From a virus (taxonomy: Duplodnaviria; Caudoviricetes): a stretch of DNA of 36,613 nt. The DNA lies in the IMG/VR virus record IMGVR_UViG_3300050196_000132, positions 1 to 36,613 of that record. One strand, 5' to 3'. Below are positions 16,358 to 25,037 of this stretch, one piece after another. The notes beneath the pieces are model-generated. The model did no database searches. It had not been told where the DNA came from and was given only the letters and a program-made list of their open reading frames with translations. The translations under genes and the position numbers were made by a program. Every line of letters starts with the position of its first letter. Position 1 is the stretch's first letter.

Positions 16358-17086
16358 TTACCTTTGGTTTGCGTCTGGCGCCCAATAGTCGGCGGGGGCG
16401 TCGGCCGCCTCGGCTTTCAACGCGGCCCAATCGCCAGCAAAGCCAACGCTACCATAAAAATTCACGTTGAAATAGTCGCTTTGGCTGTCGGAATTGTCGC
16501 GCTTGTAGGCCATGTAAATCGCGTCGAGTTTGGCGCGCAATTCGTTATATTCCGCGCTGTGCCGCTCGTCCCCCCGCAAAGGCGCGCTGTGGTCGAAGTT
16601 GTCGCCGAATTGCTTGCGCCAAGCGGCCATTTTGACCGACCAGAACTTGAAGCCCTCGGGGACTTGGTCAACCCGAAGGTCGATCGACTGGCCCCCGGCA
16701 AAGCGTTCAATCCAAATCCGCACTTTGAACCCCGCGGGCAGCTTAAGGGCCTTCACGTCGACCCGCATACGCTTGGCGATTTCCTTAACGTCGAGACTGC
16801 GGACGGCCTCAAACTTGGCGCCGCGGAACTCGTTAGCGGGGTCGCAGTAGGCGGGCATGCGGTCGGCCAGCTTTTCGGCTCTAAGGGCTTCGGCCTTTTC
16901 GAAAATCGCGTTTGCCACGTACGCCGCGGCGTGCAAATCCTTAACCAAACCCGCGGCCATAAGGTCGGCGGCGATTTCCACCTTTTTACCGACAACCCGT
17001 TGCGCTTGGGCCTTAGCTTGCACGACCTGTGCGGCTTCTACTCGCTTAGCCTGCTTCCATGCCCCAAAATCAATAATCTGCGCCAT
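16358..17086 (-). CDS. Early protein with an LPD29-like (polyvalent-protein-associated) domain
   Basis: KEIAKRMR...K...FKV.I...FAGGQSID.RV and C-terminal Y.RDNSDSQSDYFNVNFY. It has its own promoter and RBS. Confidence 0.6.
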   Translation of the reverse strand: MAQIIDFGAWKQAKRVEAAQVVQAKAQAQRVVGKKVEIAADLMAAGLVKDLHAAAYVANAIFEKAEALRAEKLADRMPAYCDPANEFRGAKFEAVRSLDVKEIAKRMRVDVKALKLPAGFKVRIWIERFAGGQSIDLRVDQVPEGFKFWSVKMAAWRKQFGDNFDHSAPLRGDERHSAEYNELRAKLDAIYMAYKRDNSDSQSDYFNVNFYGSVGFAGDWAALKAEAADAPADYWAPDANQR

Positions 17087-17111
17087 GATTCGTTCCCTTC
17101 GTTACTGCTTG

Positions 17112-17142
17112 ATCCTAAGAGGTATTGACGCCGTCGTCAATA
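17112..17142 (-). promoter_or_regulatory. Palindrome site C with promoter TTGACG-17-TAGGAT
   Basis: TATTGAC-gccgtc-GTCAATA at 17123-17142. Confidence 0.8.
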
Positions 17143-17178
17143 GCTAAAGCGCAAAGCGGCGTCAGGGGGGGGGGGTAG

Positions 17179-17403
17179 CTATTCAGGCAAAGCGCGAAGG
17201 GCTTTAAGTGTCGGTTTACCTTTGCCGCCGATTTCTTTCCACGCTTGGCAACTGGCAACACCGTTAAACTCGTAGCTTGGCCCTTTGCCCGCCAAGCTGT
17301 CGGCCACGACGGCCATATACTTTTCAAGACGGGCCTCGTCGGCGGTCCATTGGTACCAGCTTAGGGCAACACGCAGGGCGGCAAGATATTTGGCTTTGTT
17401 CAC
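17179..17403 (-). CDS. Hypothetical early protein (74 aa)
   Basis: GTG 17403 is preceded by GAAAGGAACGAAC, the same leader as its neighbours. Confidence 0.7.
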   Translation of the reverse strand: MNKAKYLAALRVALSWYQWTADEARLEKYMAVVADSLAGKGPSYEFNGVASCQAWKEIGGKGKPTLKALRALPE

Positions 17404-17414
17404 GTTCGTTCCTT

Positions 17415-17717
17415 TCAAAGGTTAATTTTGGCAACGACGAACCGAGGGACGGCGGGCCCAAGAACCGCTTTAACCGCTCCGACGGGGTCGCCTTCAAATT
17501 CCCGCAAGTCGACGTCCTTTTCGACCATGCCCCAACCGTCCAGCCGTTCAAGATACCGGCCCCGCTCGTCAAGTGCCAGCCGCACAACCCGGGCCCCATC
17601 GCTAAACTGACCGGCGTCCGCAAAACCCGCAACCAAGCATTGCCACGCGCTACCCGCGCCCACGCTCAAAGCCAACCAACCTTCGTTTTCGAGCAATTCC
17701 GCGATTTGTTCCCGCAT
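17415..17717 (-). CDS. Hypothetical early protein (100 aa)
   Basis: ATG is preceded by GAAGGGAACGAATC and lies downstream of the site D promoter. Confidence 0.75.
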   Translation of the reverse strand: MREQIAELLENEGWLALSVGAGSAWQCLVAGFADAGQFSDGARVVRLALDERGRYLERLDGWGMVEKDVDLREFEGDPVGAVKAVLGPAVPRFVVAKINL

Positions 17718-17742
17718 GATTCGTTCCCTTCGTCACCGCCTA

Positions 17743-17772
17743 ACCCTAGCAGTATTGACGCCGCCGTCAATA
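17743..17772 (-). promoter_or_regulatory. Palindrome site D with promoter TTGACG-16-TAGGGT
   Basis: TATTGAC-gccgcc-GTCAATA at 17753-17772. Confidence 0.78.
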
Positions 17773-17835
17773 GCTAATTGCCCCGCCCGCGCTGCCAGTT
17801 ATCGGGGGCGCCGAGGATCATCCCCTTTGCGCAAA

Positions 17836-18606
17836 TTATTCTCCTTGCATGAACTGTTTGGCCGCATAGACCCCCGCGTTATTGAGGTGGCGTTGCCATG
17901 CCCCTTCGCTCGGCGCCCAACGGAACCCTAGGCCTTTCAGTTTGGCGCGAACGTCGGCGTCGGGCTTCCCGTCAAAGAGAATTTGAACGCGGTTGGCTTC
18001 GACGTTCTGGACTACCTTGCACCCGCTGGGGCCTTCAAGTTCGACGTGCTGGCGTTCGGCCGCTTTGGCCAAGACCTCAAGCCGGGCTTTAAGCCGCCGG
18101 ATTTCCGCCCGGCGGTTGGCCACAACATAATAGCCTCGCTGCATATAGGGCCACTTGGCGATGCTGGCCGCAACGCGGGCCCGCTCGTCTTCGGGGGCAT
18201 TAATCATGGCCGCTGCGCCGCCCTTGCGAATTTGGGCGTTCCATTTGTTTTCTTGGTCGGCCTGAATTTCCAATGCGGCCAACTTGGCTTTGATTTTTTC
18301 GGCCGCGTTCGGGTCGTCGCTGCTAATGCCGCCTTGACCGACGCCCTCGGCGCGCGCGGCCACGGCCTTGGCTTTGTCGTGCAACTCGCACCCTTTGACC
18401 ATAGCGGCATGGGCGCGGGCGATCTGGCGGCGCATTTTCCCTTCGCTATGGTGGCCGACAAGAATCGGCTGGCCAAAGGGAATGCCGCTGGCCTCTTCGC
18501 GCAAATCCCCCTTGCGGAATTGGGCGTCCGCAGCAGCGGCCAGTCGTTCGGCGCGGGCTTCAAGGCGTTCTTTGCGGGCAGCTTGTTTTTGTTCGTAGGC
18601 GTCCAT
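17836..18606 (-). CDS. DUF3560 domain protein
   Basis: IPFGQPILVGHHSE signature, ISSDDP.A, NRVQILFDGKP...LK..GFRWAPS.GAWQR. Confidence 0.88.
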   Translation of the reverse strand: MDAYEQKQAARKERLEARAERLAAAADAQFRKGDLREEASGIPFGQPILVGHHSEGKMRRQIARAHAAMVKGCELHDKAKAVAARAEGVGQGGISSDDPNAAEKIKAKLAALEIQADQENKWNAQIRKGGAAAMINAPEDERARVAASIAKWPYMQRGYYVVANRRAEIRRLKARLEVLAKAAERQHVELEGPSGCKVVQNVEANRVQILFDGKPDADVRAKLKGLGFRWAPSEGAWQRHLNNAGVYAAKQFMQGE

Positions 18607-18626
18607 GGCTATCTCCTTCGACTCAG

Positions 18627-18689
18627 TAACTAGCCCGTATTGACGCCGCCGTCAATACCCTATCGTACTATTTTTTCGCGTGGTAACTG
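18627..18689. promoter_or_regulatory. Palindrome site E, divergent promoter cassette
   Basis: TATTGAC-gccgcc-GTCAATA at 18638-18657. Leftward TTGACG-17-TAGTTA; rightward CCCTATCG...TGGTA shared with sites F and G. Confidence 0.75.
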
Positions 18690-18695
18690 CGGGCC

Positions 18696-19523
18696 ATGGC
18701 CAACGCAAAAACCCTAACGCCTGTCCGCCCTGCCGTGCCGACGCGCGTCAAATACGAGCGGGCGCTATTAGCGGAAATCGACGCCATGGCGAACAGCCTC
18801 GCATATTGGCTGCGGGCAGCTTACCGAGCGAACGAGCCGGCGACCGTGGCGCTCGCTCAAGACGCTAGCCCCGTCGACGTGCTGCAAACCGCGTTCGACA
18901 CCCTGGCGCGCCGATGGGTTCGCAGATTTGACGACCTCGCCCCTCGACTTGCTGGCCATTTTGCCAACGCGCATAAGACTCGCGTCGACCGCGCTCTTAA
19001 AGCCGACCTTCGCAAATCGGGTTTCACGGTTAAATTCCAGCAATCGCAGGCCATGCGGGACGCTTTTGTCGCCGTGGTCGACGAAAACGTCGGCTTGATA
19101 AAGTCGATTGCCGAACAATACCTAGCGGGCGTGCGAACGGTTTTAATGCAGTCCGTCCAGACGGGCCGCGACCTGGCGACACTTACCGACCATATTGAAA
19201 AGCGGACGGGCGTCACCCGCCGCCGCGCCGCGTTTATCGCCCGTGACCAGAACAACAAAGCGACTGCCGTCATGGTGCGAACCCGCGCGCTTGAACTCGG
19301 CGTCACGCGGGCGCGCTGGCTGCACTCGGCAGGCGGGAAAGAACCGCGCCACGAACACGTCGCGTTTAGCAGCGCGCGGGGCACATTTGATCTTGCGACG
19401 GGCCACGACTTCCACAACGGCGAGGGCGTCGTTTGGCCGGGCACGGCCATAAATTGCCGTTGCGTAGCGTTGCCTATTGTGCCGGGCTTTGACGACGTGG
19501 CACGCGGCCCGCTTGTGGCGTGA
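18696..19523 (+). CDS. Head morphogenesis protein (MuF / SPP1 gp7 family)
   Basis: RAAFIARDQ, W.HS.G...R..H, PG.AINCRC. Confidence 0.9.
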   Translation: MANAKTLTPVRPAVPTRVKYERALLAEIDAMANSLAYWLRAAYRANEPATVALAQDASPVDVLQTAFDTLARRWVRRFDDLAPRLAGHFANAHKTRVDRALKADLRKSGFTVKFQQSQAMRDAFVAVVDENVGLIKSIAEQYLAGVRTVLMQSVQTGRDLATLTDHIEKRTGVTRRRAAFIARDQNNKATAVMVRTRALELGVTRARWLHSAGGKEPRHEHVAFSSARGTFDLATGHDFHNGEGVVWPGTAINCRCVALPIVPGFDDVARGPLVA

Positions 19524-19541
19524 CTTCCGGCCTGCTAGATT
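19513..19541 (+). promoter_or_regulatory. Promoter TTGTGG-17-TAGATT
   Basis: TGCTAGATT upstream of the capsid operon. Confidence 0.45.
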
Positions 19542-19575
19542 GGCCTGTCTTTGATTTGGGGGGGGAAATTCCGCC

Positions 19576-20835
19576 GTGTTGCTAATTGCTATGGACCGCG
19601 CTCCTGCCAGCGTTCGCAGTTTTGATGTGGACGGCCGTTTGCACGTGGCGGAAAGCCCTATAAGCAAAGCGAACGTTTGCGAGTATTTCGGCGAAGAAAT
19701 CCCAAGTTGGCAACGGCTCGGGCTAGAGCCTCGGCGGGTCTATAAACTCTTGCGGCACCCTGACGAACTCGCAAAAGCGGTGAAAACCTTTAATAATCTC
19801 CAAATTCTTTCTGACCATATCCCCGTGACGGCTTACGGCGATGAAAGCCATAAGGCCGAAATCACCGTCGGTTCGACCGGAACCGACGCGCGGTTCGATG
19901 GGAAATTCTTGCGGAACTCTCTCGTTATTTGGGCCAAGCCAAGTATTGACGGCGTGGTCAACGGCGAAAAGAAAGAATTGTCGAGCGCCTACCGCTATAA
20001 AGCGGATATGACCCCCGGTACTTTTGAAGGCGTTGACTATGACGGAATTATGCGCGATATTATCGGCAATCACGTTGCGCTAGTCGGAGACGGACGCGCA
20101 GGGTCTGACGTTGCAGTTGGAGACAAAAAGCCTATGTCCTACAATTCAAAACGGGCGCTTATGCTGGCTGGGGGCCTCGGCGGTCTTTTGGCGCCAAAGT
20201 TGGCTCAAGATTCCAAGCCCGTCGACCTAACGCCCGTTTTGAAAAACGTCAACGCCAAGAGCCTTGCGGCCAAGGGCGCAGTCGCCTCTTTGGCCGCTAC
20301 GGTCTTCGGGCTTGTGCAGCCTTTTCTCGCGCAGGACGCCGGTCTGGAAGTGGGGGACGTGGTGCAAGTTATCGAAGCTATCAAAGGTGCGCCCGGCGTG
20401 GCCAGCGACGAAGATGATACGATCGCCCCCGCCGCCGACGAGCCGGGCAAAGTTGCCGAAGACGAGGACGACGAAGACCCCGACGAGGACGGCAATCCTA
20501 AGAAAAAGGACGAGGATAAACCCGCCATGGACACTGCCGCAGTGCTGGCCAAAATGAAGGCTGACGCCCGCGCCCTTCGGCAGGCCGAACGTGAAGTAGC
20601 CCCCGTCGTCGGCACGCTTTCGCTGGCCATGGACAGCGCCACCGACGTTTACGCGGCGGGCCTACGCCAGTTGGGCGTCGACACGGCCAAGCTGCCCGCT
20701 TCGGCCTATGCCGAAACGTTCCGCGCGCTGCGGAACGCCAAGCCCGCCATTGCGCAAGATAGCCGCCCAGCGGCCACCGCTCGCAAGGATTTTGATGCAC
20801 GGTACGCTAACCGCGGCCGTTTGGTTCAGGGGTAA
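19576..20835 (+). CDS. DUF2213 prohead protease/scaffold
   Basis: D.DGRL, ELSSAY, NHVALV..GRAG. Acidic scaffold-like C-terminal half. Confidence 0.88.
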   Translation: MLLIAMDRAPASVRSFDVDGRLHVAESPISKANVCEYFGEEIPSWQRLGLEPRRVYKLLRHPDELAKAVKTFNNLQILSDHIPVTAYGDESHKAEITVGSTGTDARFDGKFLRNSLVIWAKPSIDGVVNGEKKELSSAYRYKADMTPGTFEGVDYDGIMRDIIGNHVALVGDGRAGSDVAVGDKKPMSYNSKRALMLAGGLGGLLAPKLAQDSKPVDLTPVLKNVNAKSLAAKGAVASLAATVFGLVQPFLAQDAGLEVGDVVQVIEAIKGAPGVASDEDDTIAPAADEPGKVAEDEDDEDPDEDGNPKKKDEDKPAMDTAAVLAKMKADARALRQAEREVAPVVGTLSLAMDSATDVYAAGLRQLGVDTAKLPASAYAETFRALRNAKPAIAQDSRPAATARKDFDARYANRGRLVQG

Positions 20836-20841
20836 AACCGC

Positions 20842-21594
20842 ATGTCCAATTTCCAGACCGCCGTTCGGTCGTACCTCGCGCCCCTGAAAAAGGGCGGTTG
20901 GGCTTCGGCTAACCCCTATGTGACAATGGTCCCGCCGAACAATGGTGACCTTGGCGCGGCCAATTCCGCAAGCTGGCGCGTCGGCGCGTCCGGCGCAATC
21001 CTTGGCCAGTTTGCTTTTGCCGACGCGGTTTCGGGTAGCGTTACCAATGCTCACCCCGGCACCGGCCCGACCATGCTCGAAGGTCCTAACCCGGCCGCCG
21101 GTACTGTTCGGGTTGGCTTCGTCCACATTGACCAGATTTCGCTGATTACGGCTTATCTCGGCGGCGACACCATGCAAGCGCTGCCCGGGCAGGGGATTTC
21201 GCTCCTAACGCGCGGCGACGTGGGCGCGCTGTTTGCTTCGGGCGCAACGGTCGGCCAGTTTGTTTTTGCCTCCTATGCCGACGGTTCGGCAATTGCGCAG
21301 AACAGCACAACCGCCCCGACCGCGTCGGTTGCCGTCACTACGGCCAACACGTCGACTGCTCTTACCGGCGTAGGCGCGGGCGCGTACGCGGGCCAGCCAA
21401 TTTCAGGAACCGGCATTCCGGCGGGCGCTTATCTCGTGTCGGTCAATCCGACCGCGGGCACAGCGGTTCTTTCCGCTGCGGCCACGGCCACAGGCTCGAT
21501 CACCGCTACCGTCTCCACCGCCGCCTACACCGGTTGGCGCGTCGACAGCGTTGCCGCTGCCGGCGACATTTCCAAAATCTCGGTTTGGGGGTAA
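20842..21594 (+). CDS. Capsid decoration/cement protein
   Basis: Lies between protease and MCP. FQT.V, ASANP, GFVH, GD...F and V.A...DG motifs. Confidence 0.7.
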   Translation: MSNFQTAVRSYLAPLKKGGWASANPYVTMVPPNNGDLGAANSASWRVGASGAILGQFAFADAVSGSVTNAHPGTGPTMLEGPNPAAGTVRVGFVHIDQISLITAYLGGDTMQALPGQGISLLTRGDVGALFASGATVGQFVFASYADGSAIAQNSTTAPTASVAVTTANTSTALTGVGAGAYAGQPISGTGIPAGAYLVSVNPTAGTAVLSAAATATGSITATVSTAAYTGWRVDSVAAAGDISKISVWG

Positions 21595-21600
21595 CTACCG

Positions 21601-22632
21601 ATGCGCGATACACAAGAACGTCTCATGCTGGCCGCCTACGGCGTTCACTTCGCCGATAACGCGGTTTATGCGCAAGACGAATGGCGCGGTAGTCTTGACC
21701 TCGCTATGGACGCTCAGCCGCAGCTGGTGACCACCGTCAACGCGGGCATTCCGTCCTTTCTGGCCAATATCATTGACCCTCAAGTCGTTGAGGCCGTCTT
21801 GGCTCCGCTGCGGGCGGCGGAAATTGCGGGCGGCGAAATCAAAAAGGGTGACTGGACGACTCAGTCGATGCTTATGCCGCTGGCCGAGCCGGTGGGTCAT
21901 ATTGTCACCTACGGCGACTATGAGAACAGCGGCACGGTCGACGCGAACGTTAATTGGGTCGGTCGCCAGCCCTACCACTACCAATCGGTCAAGCGCATGG
22001 GCGAACGCCAGCTTGCGATTTGGGGTCTTGCCGCAATTGACTTTTCGTCGCGGCTTGATCGCTCGGTTGCGCAGACCTTTGGCCGGTTTCAGAACCGCTC
22101 GTATTTCTACGGCATTTCGGGCCTGCAAAATTACGGCTATTTGAACGACCCTTCGCTCATTACGCCGATCACACCCGCCACCAAGGTTGCAGGCGGCACG
22201 GCGTGGACGGGCGCAACGGCGGAAGAAATCTACAAGGACGTGTTGGCGCTCTTTATTCAGACGCAAACCCAAATGGGCGGCAATCTGGAAATGACCGACA
22301 AAATGACTTTGGTTCTTTCCACCACGCGCCAGCCTCGCCTTGCGACCATTTCGAGTTTGACTCTAATTGCCGTCAATGTGGCCATTAAAGCGGCTTTCCC
22401 AAATATGACGTTCAAAGCCGCGCCGGAATATACCACCGGCTCGGGCGAATTGCTGCAGCTTATCGTCGACGAATACGAAGGCCAACAAACTATCTGGACG
22501 GCCTTTACCGAAAAAATGCGCGCTCACCCAGTCGTGCAGGAACTTTCGGCCTGGGCTCAGAAGTTCAGCGCGGGCACGTGGGGGGCAATTGTCCGCCGCC
22601 CCATTTGCATCGGTCAGATGTTGGGCATTTAA
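21601..22632 (+). CDS. Major capsid protein (DUF2184-type)
   Basis: AMDAQP.L.T..NAGIP, KKGDW, YGD, YG.LNDP, GTWGAI.RP. Confidence 0.92.
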   Translation: MRDTQERLMLAAYGVHFADNAVYAQDEWRGSLDLAMDAQPQLVTTVNAGIPSFLANIIDPQVVEAVLAPLRAAEIAGGEIKKGDWTTQSMLMPLAEPVGHIVTYGDYENSGTVDANVNWVGRQPYHYQSVKRMGERQLAIWGLAAIDFSSRLDRSVAQTFGRFQNRSYFYGISGLQNYGYLNDPSLITPITPATKVAGGTAWTGATAEEIYKDVLALFIQTQTQMGGNLEMTDKMTLVLSTTRQPRLATISSLTLIAVNVAIKAAFPNMTFKAAPEYTTGSGELLQLIVDEYEGQQTIWTAFTEKMRAHPVVQELSAWAQKFSAGTWGAIVRRPICIGQMLGI

Positions 22633-22656
22633 AAATTTTGGTGTAAGACTGGTTAG

Positions 22657-22699
22657 AAGCCCCGCCCCTCCTTTTCGTCGGGCGGGGCTTTCCGCTTTT
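22657..22699 (+). terminator. Stem-loop/terminator after the MCP gene
   Basis: AAGCCCCGCCC (22657-22667) pairs with GGGCGGGGCTT (22680-22690), followed by an imperfect T tail. Confidence 0.7.
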
Positions 22700-22715
22700 A
22701 GAAAGAAGACGACCT

Positions 22716-23138
22716 ATGGCTTTTATTGCTTGCAAGCTGCCTCACGGCCTGACCATCTGCCATAATGCGACCCGCATTATATTGCTTGGCGCGAATGTCG
22801 GCGAAGACCTCGAAAACGTCTCGCGCAACGGTTCGCCTAGCGACAACGCCCGCCGCGTTTCGGGTTTCGGGGTCACCGAACTTGACGCCGGGAAAACCGA
22901 GACGTTTGTGGATTGGGCCGCCTCGGTTACCTATGTCGACGGCGATAGGGCCAAGGGCAAGCTGACCGAGCCGTTCCAAGCACTCGACAACGGCGCGATT
23001 TTGGGGCCGTTTAAAACCTTTGACGAAGCGCGCAAGGAATGCGCGGGGCTGTCCGCTCAAATCGTGACCGGCGTTGAAGGTCTTAACCCTGAAAAGGAAA
23101 AGGTCGAAACGGACAAAGACGCAGGCAAGAAATCGTAA
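22716..23138 (+). CDS. Conserved post-capsid hypothetical protein
   Basis: ACKLPHGL N-terminus and TG.EGL.P C-terminus, typical of this position in the lineage. Confidence 0.75.
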   Translation: MAFIACKLPHGLTICHNATRIILLGANVGEDLENVSRNGSPSDNARRVSGFGVTELDAGKTETFVDWAASVTYVDGDRAKGKLTEPFQALDNGAILGPFKTFDEARKECAGLSAQIVTGVEGLNPEKEKVETDKDAGKKS

Positions 23139-23153
23139 TTGAAAGGGCGCCCC

Positions 23154-23609
23154 GTGGCCGTTGCAGTTTTCGACTATGCGCTTTGGGGCGTTCTTTTCCC
23201 CGAATTGGCCGCCGTGCCCGAACCGGTGGCCCAAATGTTTTTCGACATTGCCGCGGGTTCGCTCGTCGACAATTCCGATTGCTCGGTTGTGAAGGACGTG
23301 AAGGTCCGTTCAACGCTCCTCGATTACGCGACGGCGCATTTGGCCAGCCTTGCGGGCTACCCGTTGCCGACCGGCTCGACCACGCCCACGCCTAGCGGTT
23401 CGGTCGGTCGGGTTTCCAGCGCTAGCGAAGGGGCGGTATCGGCTAGCATGGGCTACGGCCAAGTGCGCGAGTCGCAAGCGTGGTGGGTTCAAACGCAATA
23501 CGGCGCGTCGTTTTGGCAGTTTACCCGGGCCTTTCGCACTTTCCGGTTTAGCGCTCGGCCGCCGTACAATTTCGGGCCGGGGGCCTACGGCGGGTGGTTC
23601 CCTCTTTGA
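23154..23609 (+). CDS. Head-tail adaptor (DUF4054)
   Basis: FDY..W...FPE, AHLA.L, GRVSSASEG.VS, QTQYGA.FW. GTG start inferred. Confidence 0.85.
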   Translation: MAVAVFDYALWGVLFPELAAVPEPVAQMFFDIAAGSLVDNSDCSVVKDVKVRSTLLDYATAHLASLAGYPLPTGSTTPTPSGSVGRVSSASEGAVSASMGYGQVRESQAWWVQTQYGASFWQFTRAFRTFRFSARPPYNFGPGAYGGWFPL

Positions 23610-24148
23610 CGACGTTCAATCTTTCGGGCGGCGAAAAGCTAGAGGCCAAACTTGCGGAACTAGCGCAACGCGTTAGCCGCCCTTTTGCCGTGCGCGTGGG
23701 TTTCTTGGAAGACGCCACGTACCCCGACGGCACGCCGGTTGCCAAGGTGGCGGCAATCAATAATTTTGGGGCGCCGGGCGCGGGCGTTCCTGCCCGTCCA
23801 TTCTTTACGCAGATGATCGCCGAAAAGTCGCCCGAATGGGGTAAAATTCTGGCCGGCCTTTTAGTGTCGTCAGATTACGACCCTGAAAAGGCGCTCGGCC
23901 TTATGGGTTTGGGGATTGCCAACCAACTGCGAGAATCTATTGAAGCAATGGACGCCCCGCCGAACGCCCAATCAACTAACCTCTTAAAACAGCGCTTTCC
24001 TATGGGGGGCTACGGCTTTGACGACGTGCTGCAGGCCTTTGCCGACGTTGCGGCGGGCATGACCGCTGCGCCAGGCAAGCCACTCGTTTGGACGGGCCTT
24101 ATGCTTAATTCTGTGGATTTTGAAGTCGTGGGAGATAACGGCCAATGA
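23606..24148 (+). CDS. Neck/tail-completion protein
   Basis: VGFLE.ATYPDGTPVA.VA..N.FG, PARPF, KPL..TG.M..SV. TTGA overlap start inferred. Confidence 0.75.
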   Translation: MTTFNLSGGEKLEAKLAELAQRVSRPFAVRVGFLEDATYPDGTPVAKVAAINNFGAPGAGVPARPFFTQMIAEKSPEWGKILAGLLVSSDYDPEKALGLMGLGIANQLRESIEAMDAPPNAQSTNLLKQRFPMGGYGFDDVLQAFADVAAGMTAAPGKPLVWTGLMLNSVDFEVVGDNGQ

Positions 24149-24522
24149 ACCTCCGTAACATTGCAAACGCCGTAACGAGCCGCGTCAACCCGAACTTGGT
24201 CGCCCAATGGTTAGCGTACGCAGGCTATACCGTTCTCCCGAGCGGTAAGACCCAACCGGTCTATGCGGCGCCTGCCAATATCCAAATTCAGGCACAAGCC
24301 ATCACGTCGCAAGATTTGCAGAAAATCGACGCTATGAACCTTAGCGAAATTACGCGAGTAATTCTGACGAGCGCCAAGGTGCAAGACCTTGATCGCGAAT
24401 CGCAGACTGGCGGGGATTTGCTCGTTTTCGACAACGCGACTTGGCTCGTGGCGGGCATTATCGAAGATTGGTCAACAAGCGGCTGGATGCGGGTCGGCCT
24501 TATTCGCCAGAACGGGGGGTAA
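24145..24522 (+). CDS. Head-closure/collar protein
   Basis: MNL..IA, VNP, Q.Q, GGDL, E.W..GW; syntenic position. Confidence 0.7.
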   Translation: MNLRNIANAVTSRVNPNLVAQWLAYAGYTVLPSGKTQPVYAAPANIQIQAQAITSQDLQKIDAMNLSEITRVILTSAKVQDLDRESQTGGDLLVFDNATWLVAGIIEDWSTSGWMRVGLIRQNGG

Positions 24523-24523
24523 A

Positions 24524-25036
24524 ATGACCGCCCTGTCGATCATAGACGACGACGTTTTCACGGCGCTGGCGGCCTTGATAAACGACGTTTTGCCCGCGCT
24601 TGGCGTCGTGAACGTCCAACAAGGCCAGCAGAACCGAACGCCTATGCCGCCGGGGCCTAATTTTGCGATTATGACGCCCGCCGACCGCGTGCAGCTTTCC
24701 GCCAACGCGCGGGACTACGACACTTCGACCGGCAAGCGGTTAATCGGGCGTAGCGTGCAAGTCGGCGTAGCGGTAAATTTTTATGGCGCCAACGCTACCG
24801 ACAACGGCCAGATTTTCAGCCAGCTTTTCCGCGACCCGTACGGCTGCGATTTTTTGAGGCCGTTTCACGTCCAACCGCTTTGGTGCGACGACGGTCGGCA
24901 AATGCCTTTGACGGATTCCGAAAAGCAATACGCTACGCGGTGGATGATTCACACGTGGCTGCAGATTAACCCTACCGTCTCGACAAGCCAGGCATTCGCC
25001 GATACAGTGACGGTCAACCAAAAGAAGGTCGATTGA
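24524..25036 (+). CDS. Tail/neck terminator protein
   Basis: Q.NR.P.P, FYG, FRD, PL..D, E.QY..RW, LQ.NP; immediately precedes the sheath. Confidence 0.72.
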   Translation: MTALSIIDDDVFTALAALINDVLPALGVVNVQQGQQNRTPMPPGPNFAIMTPADRVQLSANARDYDTSTGKRLIGRSVQVGVAVNFYGANATDNGQIFSQLFRDPYGCDFLRPFHVQPLWCDDGRQMPLTDSEKQYATRWMIHTWLQINPTVSTSQAFADTVTVNQKKVD

Positions 25037-25037
25037 A

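Noticed and set aside
16352-18633. Long plus-strand ORFs (258, 166 and 216 aa) in the island
   Set aside because: They are antisense shadows of minus-strand genes that have promoters, RBSs and recognisable motifs.
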